Part shown: in pieces, positions 38,682-46,536 of the stretch | Layout of the letters: every line of letters starts with the position of its first letter | Position numbering within the stretch: position 1 is the first letter of the stretch | NCBI GenBank assembly: GCA_026125285.1 | Contig: JAHCLO010000002.1 | Span: forward strand, 211,115 to 275,114 | DNA length: 64,000 nucleotides | Origin: Verrucomicrobiia bacterium | Lineage (GTDB): Bacteria; Verrucomicrobiota; Verrucomicrobiia; Limisphaerales; JADLHS01 | Direction: 5' to 3' | Translations under genes and position numbers: made by a program | The notes under the pieces: generated by a model | Seen by the model: the letters and a program-made list of their open reading frames with translations, nothing else | The model's database searches: none | Told to the model about the DNA's origin: nothing

Positions 38682-38753
38682 TCTTCCAACCTGCAACTTT
38701 TAGAACAATGGACAAAAGAATCTCCACCAGAATTGGCTGGAAACCAGATGCAC

Positions 38754-38907
38754 GGGGAGCGCACGCGCCTCGCGTGCAGCGGGGGACGCCCTCGTCCCCC
38801 GCATCCGAGCGCGCCATCGCGCAAGATTCTTTTCACAACGCGCGGTGGCGCGCGACGTTTCGACCGCGGGGGCGCGGTCGAATACACGCGAGGCGCGTGT
38901 GCTCCCC
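38754..38907. repeat. ~150-bp palindromic element, family C, copy 3 (diverged), in the cas6e-cas7e intergenic region
   Basis: Termini GGGGAGCGCACGCGCCTCGCGTG...CACGCGAGGCGCGTGTGCTCCCC. Nested internal palindromes (GGGGGACGCCCTCGTCCCCC; GCGCGCCATCGCGC..GCGCGGTGGCGCGC). Confidence 0.8.
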
Positions 38908-38984
38908 GGGAAACCTAACCCGCACCGTTTTGCTCCTGGCAAAAGTGCTTTCTGACAACATTTAACCAAACAAAAACAACAAAC

Positions 38985-40064
38985 ATGAAACTCATCGAAC
39001 TCCATATTCTGCAATCGTTCCCCGTCTCCTGCCTCAACCGCGACGATGTCGGTTCGCCCAAGACCGCCGTCTTCGGCGGCGTCAACCGCGCCCGCCTCTC
39101 CAGCCAGTCGCTCAAACGCGCCATCCGCGAATTCGCGCAGGACAACCTGCCCGACGCGAAGTTTGGCGGCGAGCGGACCAAACTCATCGTCCCACCGCTG
39201 GTGGACGCGTTGAAAAAACACGGCGTCACTGACGACAAGGCGGCATCGGAACACGCCGCCAACATCGCGGACAAACTTGCCAAGCTGGACGCGAAGTCCG
39301 GCAAGGACGGCGAACTGCCGCAGGTCGGCACGCTCACGTTCCTTGCGCCCTCGGAAATTGACTCGATTGCCCAACAAGTGGCGGCGCTGTTGAGGGAGAA
39401 CCCCAAGTCCAAGGACTACGAGAAGAAGCTCGATAAGTTTTGCAAAGAGGCTGCCCTGCTGGACGGCGCGGACATCGCCTTGTTCGGGCGCATGGCCGCC
39501 AGTCTGCCGTCTCTCACCCTTGAAGGGGCGGCCATGTTCAGTCACGCCCTATCCACACACAAAAGCGACAACGACCTTGATTTTTATTCCGCCGTGGACG
39601 ACCGCAAACCCAAGGACGATGACGCTGGCGCAGGCATGATTGGCACGCTGGAGTTTTCCTCCGCCGTCTATTACCGCTACGCCGCCGTCAATCTCGACCT
39701 GCTGGCGGACAAGGACCATCTGGCCAGACTTTCCGCGGCGGAACGCCGCAAGGTTGTGGATGCCTTCATCCGCGCCACGCTCCAGGCCGTGCCGGGCGCG
39801 CGGAAGAACTCCATGAACGCCCACACGCTGCCGGGATACGTGCTCGGCACGTTCAAATCCGCCGGCCAGCCCGTGCAATTGATCAACGCGTTCGAGAATC
39901 CCGTCCGGCCCAAGTCCGGTTTGCTTGACGCTTCGATTGAGGCGTTGAAGACGCATCACGCCAAACTCAAGGACACCTGGGGCATCACCTGCGACACCGA
40001 AGTCGCCATCCCGGACGTCAACCTCAACGCCTTCTGCGAGGCCCTCACGAAACATGTCCACTGA
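38985..40064 (+). CDS. cas7e: Cascade backbone subunit Cas7e (CasC/Cse4)
   Basis: MKLIELHILQSFPVSCLNRDDVGSPKTAVFGGVNRARLSSQSLKRAIR, the canonical Cas7e N-terminus. 359 aa. Confidence 0.9.
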   Translation: MKLIELHILQSFPVSCLNRDDVGSPKTAVFGGVNRARLSSQSLKRAIREFAQDNLPDAKFGGERTKLIVPPLVDALKKHGVTDDKAASEHAANIADKLAKLDAKSGKDGELPQVGTLTFLAPSEIDSIAQQVAALLRENPKSKDYEKKLDKFCKEAALLDGADIALFGRMAASLPSLTLEGAAMFSHALSTHKSDNDLDFYSAVDDRKPKDDDAGAGMIGTLEFSSAVYYRYAAVNLDLLADKDHLARLSAAERRKVVDAFIRATLQAVPGARKNSMNAHTLPGYVLGTFKSAGQPVQLINAFENPVRPKSGLLDASIEALKTHHAKLKDTWGITCDTEVAIPDVNLNAFCEALTKHVH

Positions 40065-40779
40065 AGCCTGTCTCGCTTTGCTGCTCGACGGCCCGATGCA
40101 ATCGTGGGGACACGCCTCGCGTTTCGAGCGTCGCACCACCGCGCTGCATCCCACGCGCAGCGGGGTTCTCGGCATCATCGCCGCCGCGCTGGGGATTGAT
40201 AAACATGCCGCCGATGAAATGACGCAATTGAAACGGTTCGAAGATCTGCGCGTGACGACCGTGAAACTGGATCGCCAGACCCCGCGCGGCGGTCCGTTGC
40301 CCATTCAGCGGCTGGAGGATTATCACACCGTCACTGGCATCCGGCGCGCCAGCGGCAAGGTGGATGAAGAAGCGACCGTGCAAACGTATCGCCACTACCT
40401 CCTCGACGCCCGGTTCGGCGTGTTACTCGAAGGACCGGCGGCGTTGCTCGAAGAAATTGCCACTGCGCTGCGCAACCCGAAATGGGGCGTGTGGCTGGGC
40501 CGCAAATGCTGCCTGCCCGCCTGCCCCGTGCTCGCCGCACCGCCCGGCGAACGCGCCGACGCATGGCGGCAATTGCTCCAACGCGCCGGTTTCACCGGCA
40601 CGGAAGTCCTCGAACAGTTCGATCATGTCCTCGAAGTGCTTCCTTCCGAGCCGGGCGCGGACATCCTGGAAGACACTCCGGTCGGATTCGGCCAGCCCAT
40701 TGGCGAACGCCACGCCCCGCGCTGGATTCGCCGCGTGCCCAAATCCGCAGTCATCAATCCGCAATCCACAATTGACTGA
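40054..40779 (+). CDS. cas5e: Cascade subunit Cas5e (CasD)
   Basis: ..LLLDGPMQSWGHASRFERRTT..PTRSGVLGIIAAALGI.. signature. Overlaps the cas7e 3' end. Confidence 0.9.
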   Translation: MSTEACLALLLDGPMQSWGHASRFERRTTALHPTRSGVLGIIAAALGIDKHAADEMTQLKRFEDLRVTTVKLDRQTPRGGPLPIQRLEDYHTVTGIRRASGKVDEEATVQTYRHYLLDARFGVLLEGPAALLEEIATALRNPKWGVWLGRKCCLPACPVLAAPPGERADAWRQLLQRAGFTGTEVLEQFDHVLEVLPSEPGADILEDTPVGFGQPIGERHAPRWIRRVPKSAVINPQSTID

Positions 40780-40802
40780 TGCCTTCGTTCGAAAGCCCAA
40801 CC

Positions 40803-41159
40803 TTACAGAAAGATGATCTGCCCTTGGGCGTCCTCGGGCGTCGCCGCTTTGGCCAGGGCTTCCAGGTCGGCAATGCAGCGCCCGATGGACAACTCAAGCT
40901 GCCGGGCAAAGACCACTGTCGCGAACGGCCGGCCGGTTCGCTGGCGGCGCGCCGCTTCAACCAGCAAATCCTCGTCTTGCGAACAGAGCAGCCGCCCCAG
41001 CGTGGTGGCGCGATCCAACAAATCGGGATCCAACAAATCGGAATCCGTGAACCGGGTCGCGCCGTCGTCCTAGGCGGTCAACACCTCCACTCCGCGGCGG
41101 CGCAGTCCGCGGGTGATCGGACGCGGCACATGCACGTCCATGTAGAGGCCGAGGCTCAT
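40803..41159 (-). pseudogene. DUF5615/PIN-like (Mut7-C-type) toxin gene inactivated by an in-frame TAG, with a 15-bp tandem duplication
   Basis: Minus-strand reading from ATG 41159 gives MSLGLYMDVHVPRPITRGLRRRGVEVLTA*DDGATRFTDSDLLDPDLLDRATTLGRLLCSQDEDLLVEAARRQ... The stop is at 41070..41072. The tandem units are 41013..41027 and 41028..41042. The start overlaps the DUF433 stop (ATGA). Confidence 0.6.
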
Positions 41160-41464
41160 GCGCCACGGCGTAGGGCGCGCTGGGCCAGAGGTGAGGCCGG
41201 CGTCGCGGTGCGCAGGGTCGCCAGACGTTCATCTTGTCGCTCAATTTCAGCATCCAACTCCGGCTGATGACCGTAATACCACGCCAGCGCGGCATAGACC
41301 TGCGCCAACGTCAGGTGCGGATGGTTCTCTTGAATCGTCTCGGCGCTCCAGCCATACGCCAGGTGATCGAGAACAATTTCCACGACCTTGACGTTGGTGT
41401 CGTCCACCCACGGGCGGCCCTGCTCATCCAACCGAATGTGCGGCATTGTTGCTGTGCTCGGCAT
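41156..41464 (-). CDS. DUF433 domain protein (antitoxin-like partner of DUF5615/PIN-like toxins)
   Basis: 102 aa. ..VKVVEIVLDHLAYGWSAETIQENHPHLTLAQVYAALAWYY.. matches the DUF433 pattern. Opposite strand to the cas genes. Confidence 0.65.
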   Translation of the reverse strand: MPSTATMPHIRLDEQGRPWVDDTNVKVVEIVLDHLAYGWSAETIQENHPHLTLAQVYAALAWYYGHQPELDAEIERQDERLATLRTATPASPLAQRALRRGA

Positions 41465-41572
41465 GGCGGCAATTTATTCATGCCGGCTTCCCGATGCAAG
41501 GTGACACTCCTCACCTTCCTCAAAATGCCCTGCCCAAAATCGTCAACCGTAACTCCGCAATCGTAAATCGAA

Positions 41573-42460
41573 ATGCCTCTCTTTGAACGCCCCCCGCTCG
41601 AAACCCTCGCGCCCGCCAAGGATCGCTGGACGCCTATCTACCTCGAACACGGTCGCCTGGAAGTGGACGATTCCAGCATCAAATGGATCGGCGCGGATGG
41701 GACGCTCTGCCGCATTCCCGCAGCCACCGTTTCTGCGTTGGTGCTCGGCCCCGGCACCACGGTGACGCACGCCGCCATGAAAGCCTGTGCGGAGAGCAAC
41801 ACCCCCGTTTGCTGGACTGGCGAGGAATGCCTGCGCTTCTACGCCTTCGGCCTCACGCCCAATCACACCAACGACATGCCCCGCCTTCATGCCGAGGCCT
41901 GGGCCGACAAACGCCGCCGCACCCGCATCGCCCGCGCCATGTTCAAAATGCGCTTCCCGGACGTGGATGTGACCGAGAAATCCGTCAAGGAACTGCGCGG
42001 CATGGAAGGGTTGCGCGTCCGCGCCCTCTACACCGAACTCGGCCTCAAACACGGCGTCACCTGGAAAGGCCGCAATTACGACCGCCAGAACTGGGACACC
42101 GCCGACGATATCAATCGCGCCCTCTCCGCCGCCAACGCCAGTCTCTACGCCCTCTGCGCGGCAGTGATTTGTTCGCTCGGCTACGTGCCCAGCCTCGGCT
42201 TCGTTCACGATGCCGGCACGCTGCCGTTCGTCTATGACGTGGCCGACCTCTACAAACACCTCACCAGCATTCCCGCCGCCTTCCTCGCCGTGCGGCAGGA
42301 CCCGAAGAACGAAGGCGACCTGGTGCGGAAGTTGTTCAAACAGCGTGTCGAGGAAGAACGACTGCTCCAGCGGATGCCGAAAGACCTGGCCGCCTTGTTT
42401 GAAACCGACGAAGTCGCTCCTCTCCAGGCTGGCGCTCGACCTCCTTCCGCCATCACTTGA
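41573..42460 (+). CDS. cas1: CRISPR integrase Cas1, type I-E
   Basis: 295 aa. ..IYLEHGRLEVDDSSIKWI.., ..GLRVRALY.., ..GFVHDAGTLPFVYDVADLYK.. motifs. Confidence 0.9.
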   Translation: MPLFERPPLETLAPAKDRWTPIYLEHGRLEVDDSSIKWIGADGTLCRIPAATVSALVLGPGTTVTHAAMKACAESNTPVCWTGEECLRFYAFGLTPNHTNDMPRLHAEAWADKRRRTRIARAMFKMRFPDVDVTEKSVKELRGMEGLRVRALYTELGLKHGVTWKGRNYDRQNWDTADDINRALSAANASLYALCAAVICSLGYVPSLGFVHDAGTLPFVYDVADLYKHLTSIPAAFLAVRQDPKNEGDLVRKLFKQRVEEERLLQRMPKDLAALFETDEVAPLQAGARPPSAIT

Positions 42461-42484
42461 TCACCGATTACTGATTACCGGCCA

Positions 42485-42784
42485 ATGACTGTTCTCGTCG
42501 CCAACGACACCCCGCCCGCCATTCGCGGCATGTTGAAACGCTGGTTCGTCGAACCCAAACCCAACGTCTTCGTCGGCACCGTCAACCGGCGCACCCGCGA
42601 CAAGGTGCTCGACTACGTCAAACGCAACGCCGAGGGCATGAGCCTGCTCATCCTCACCAGCGAACCCAACTGCCAGGGCTTCAAAATCCAACGCTGGGGC
42701 GAACCCGACCGCCGCGACGTCGAAATCAGCGGCCTCTGGCTCGTGGCGGAACAATGGGTGGAGGAGGAAAATCGCCCCTTCTGA
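42485..42784 (+). CDS. cas2: Cas2, type I-E
   Basis: 99 aa. MTVLVANDTPPAIRGMLKRWFVEPKPNVFVGTVNRRTRDKV.., the typical Cas2e. Confidence 0.9.
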   Translation: MTVLVANDTPPAIRGMLKRWFVEPKPNVFVGTVNRRTRDKVLDYVKRNAEGMSLLILTSEPNCQGFKIQRWGEPDRRDVEISGLWLVAEQWVEEENRPF

Positions 42785-42813
42785 TTCCCGGAAATAGCTC
42801 GAAATCGTCCGCG

Positions 42814-42826
42814 CAACCTGTTGATA
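42814..42826 (-). promoter_or_regulatory. IHF-consensus site in the CRISPR leader
   Basis: The minus strand reads TATCAACAGGTTG, a perfect match to WATCAANNNNTTR. It lies 8-20 nt upstream of repeat 1, comparable to the leader IHF site used by type I-E integration in E. coli. Confidence 0.4.
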
Positions 42827-42833
42827 TTTCAGG

Positions 42834-45800
42834 GTTCTCCCCACCCGCGTGGGGATGGTCCGCCATCCGAGAATCTATCCACCCACGCGAGCCAGTTCTC
42901 CCCACCCGCGTGGGGATGGTCCGACCGCTCCTGCCACTTCTGCGGCGGTGAAGGCGTTCTCCCCACCCGCGTGGGGATGGTCCGCGCGCGGCTGTTCGGC
43001 ACGGAGCACTGGGAGGGTTCTCCCCACCCGCGTGGGGATGGTCCGTAGTTGCCGCCCCAGATTATTTGCTTGGCGCAGTTCTCCCCACCCGCGTGGGGAT
43101 GGTCCGTCATCCGAGAATCTATCCACCCACGCGAGCCAGTTCTCCCCACCCGCGTGGGGATGGTCCGATTCGACCCTTCTTGGTTCTCCTCGTGGTGGCG
43201 TTCTCCCCACCCGCGTGGGGATGGTCCGTGAACCCGGAATATCCAAACCACTGCTACACGGTTCTCCCCACCCGCGTGGGGATGGTCCGTGATCGGCGCT
43301 TCGTTCTCGAAGTCATCGGCCGTTCTCCCCACCCGCGTGGGGATGGTCCGAAATACGCGTGGCGCGTGGGCCGCGTCCATGCGTTCTCCCCACCCGCGTG
43401 GGGATGGTCCGGCTGCCGCGTGCGCGCCTTCTTCGATCCATACGTTCTCCCCACCCGCGTGGGGATGGTCCGAGTCGGTGAGTCCTTTTTGGTTGCGGTA
43501 GGCTGTTCTCCCCACCCGCGTGGGGATGGTCCGGCAAGCGCGTTCCCCCATCCTGGATGCGCCTGGTTCTCCCCACCCGCGTGGGGATGGTCCGAAATTT
43601 ACGGCCTCTGAAAACACGAGTCCGGCGTTCTCCCCACCCGCGTGGGGATGGTCCGGGTTGGCCCCAACCGTTGGTACTTCGTGAACTGTTCTCCCCACCC
43701 GCGTGGGGATGGTCCGCTATTTCCGACCACAACCGCAACAACTAAAAAGTTCTCCCCACCCGCGTGGGGATGGTCCGGATTCTTCAATCGTGTTTGGACG
43801 CCCATGTCGGTTCTCCCCACCCGCGTGGGGATGGTCCGACAGGCCGCTGAAACGGCAACAATTCTTTGATGTTCTCCCCACCAGCGTGGGGATGGTCCGA
43901 ATGGAGTTGTCCCCGTCCGCCGTGGTGAGCCGTTCTCCCCACCCGCGTGGGGATGGTCCGGGCGGTCTTTATCGGATTGGTTTTCGCGTTTGGTTCTCCC
44001 CACCCGCGTGGGGATGGTCCGTTCCGGCGGCGGCGATTGGCCAAACTGCGCCTCGTTCTCCCCACCCGCGTGGGGATGGTCCGCCGATCTGCGCACCCTG
44101 TTCCGCTCCCTGCCGGTTCTCCCCACCCGCGTGGGGATGGTCCGGTTTTGTCGGTTGGAACGTCCACGGCCCGCAGGTTCTCCCCACCCGCGTGGGGATG
44201 GTCCGAAAACTCCTGGCGCGACTACCGCAAAGGGCACGTTCTCCCCACCCGCGTGGGGATGGTCCGAAAATTCAACGGCGTGAGGTGAACTTCGCGTTGT
44301 TCTCCCCACCCGCGTGGGGATGGTCCGCGTCCAGTCCCAAACGCACGCACTTAGCCAGCGTTCTCCCCACCCGCGTGGGGATGGTCCGGCTTTGGCGAGG
44401 TCCGCGCGGAAATGAAACGGGTTCTCCCCACCCGCGTGGGGATGGTCCGTTCCTTCCGCAAATCGTCCAGTTTCGCGTAGAGTTCTCCCCACCCGCGTGG
44501 GGATGGTCCGTCATCATATTCGATATGGCGATTTACTGTCGCGTTCTCCCCACCCGCGTGGGGATGGTCCGCGACTTCTTTCAGCCAAGCGGCTGAGATG
44601 AGGGTTCTCCCCACCCGCGTGGGGATGGTCCGGCCGAAATCGTCTCCGTCTGCTTCAAAACATCGTTCTCCCCACCCGCGTGGGGATGGTCCGACGATGG
44701 CGCTCCGTCACCTGCTCGCGGAGTAGTTCTCCCCACCCGCGTGGGGATGGTCCGGACTGACCGACTCGCAATTCGCGACACGCTTCGTTCTCCCCACCCG
44801 CGTGGGGATGGTCCGATTCCCGGATGCGCATCGCCACCGCCATCGCCGTTCTCCCCACCCGCGTGGGGATGGTCCGGCCGGCGACGACGCGATGGACAAA
44901 GCTATTTCGTTCTCCCCACCCGCGTGGGGATGGTCCGCGTCATGGCCCTTTACGATCTTTTGCACAATCGTTCTCCCCACCCGCGTGGGGATGGTCCGCC
45001 TTCTTCAATCGTGTTTGGACACCGATGTCGGTTCTCCCCACCCGCGTGGGGATGGTCCGGACTGAACGATTCCCAGTTCGCCACCCGCTTCGTTCTCCCC
45101 ACCCGCGTGGGGATGGTCCGGTCTGACTGGCGCTGGCAGCGATGGGGGCGTTGTTCTCCCCACCCGCGTGGGGATGGTCCGAGCGATCCGCCACACTAGA
45201 AATGCTCACACAAGTTCTCCCCACCCGCGTGGGGATGGTCCGCAGCCGAAACGCTGCGCCCCCGGCGGTTGCCAGTTCTCCCCACCCGCGTGGGGATGGT
45301 CCGTAAACCGGGGCGTGCCGGTACTCCGCGAGCAGGTTCTCCCCACCCGCGTGGGGATGGTCCGAACGTTATGTATTTCCATGTGATCGGTTGACAGTTC
45401 TCCCCACCCGCGTGGGGATGGTCCGCAATGACACTGGCGAGGATGCCGCGCGACACCGTTCTCCCCACCCGCGTGGGGATGGTCCGCGAAATCCTCCTCC
45501 GAGAGATAGAAGGTTGAGGTTCTCCCCACCCGCGTGGGGATGGTCCGCCATCGCCATCGTCCTGCTCTTCGCGTTCACGGTTCTCCCCACCCGCGTGGGG
45601 ATGGTCCGTTTAACTCCCATTTGACGGCGAACGTGAACGCGTTCTCCCCACCCGCGTGGGGATGGTCCGCTAATAGAAACTACGAGAATATGGAGCGCCA
45701 AGTTCTCCCCACCCGCGTGGGGATGGTCCAGGTCGCCGATCCAGTCAACGTCCTGCGGGTTTTGTTCTCCCCACCCGCGTGGGGATGGTCCGACACATGG

Positions 45801-46524
45801 TTTTGAAGTTGGCCTCCCATTTCAGTTCTCCCCACCCGCGTGGGGATGGTCCGAACCCCCACCTCCTGACCTACCGCGGCAACTGGTTCTCCCCACCCGC
45901 GTGGGGATGGTCCGTTTACTCGGCCAGCGGGATATGACCCGTTCCGGTTCTCCCCACCCGCGTGGGGATGGTCCGCCCTCGCCATCGTCCTGCTCTTCGC
46001 GTTCACGGTTCTCCCCACCCGCATGGGGATGGTCCGCCGATCTGCGCACCCTGTTCCGCTCGCTGCCGGTTCTCCCCACCCGCGTGGGGATGGTCCGTAA
46101 CCCGCCGCACCAAACAATGACCAACCATTGTTCTCCCCACCCGCGTGGGGATGGTCCGTGTCACCATCCTGAAATGAAACCATGAAACGAGTTCTCCCCA
46201 CCCGCGTGGGGATGGTCCGGTGACACCAATTTGCGTGCGATCTCCGCGATTGTTCTCCCCACCCGCGTGGGGATGGTCCGATCACCTGTGCCGCGTCCGC
46301 TTGTGGCTCGTTGTTCTCCCCACCCGCGTGGGGATGGTCCGCTGTTGAGGCTGATCGTAGGCTGTTTACTGAGGTTCTCCCCACCCGCGTGGGGATGGTC
46401 CGTCGCCGCGCCACGAAAGAAACGCAGGATGCCCGTTCTCCCCACCCGCGTGGGGATGGTCCGGCTTGCGGTTGGGTGCGGAGTTTGGGTTATTTGTTCT
46501 CCCCACCCGCGTGGGGATGGTCCG
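42834..46524 (+). CRISPR. type I-E CRISPR array, leader-proximal part: repeats 1-61
   Basis: 29-nt repeat GTTCTCCCCACCCGCGTGGGGATGGTCCG (stem CCCCAC/GTGGGG, loop CCGC) at a 61-nt period. First copy at 42834, 61st at 46496. Spacers are 32 nt (33 nt at 44022 and 45731). Variant repeats at 43871 (C>A), 45702 (last base A) and 46008 (G>A). Orientation follows the E. coli-type repeat (..GGGGAT..CCG 3'). Confidence 0.97.
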
Positions 46525-46536
46525 AACTTCGATTAT

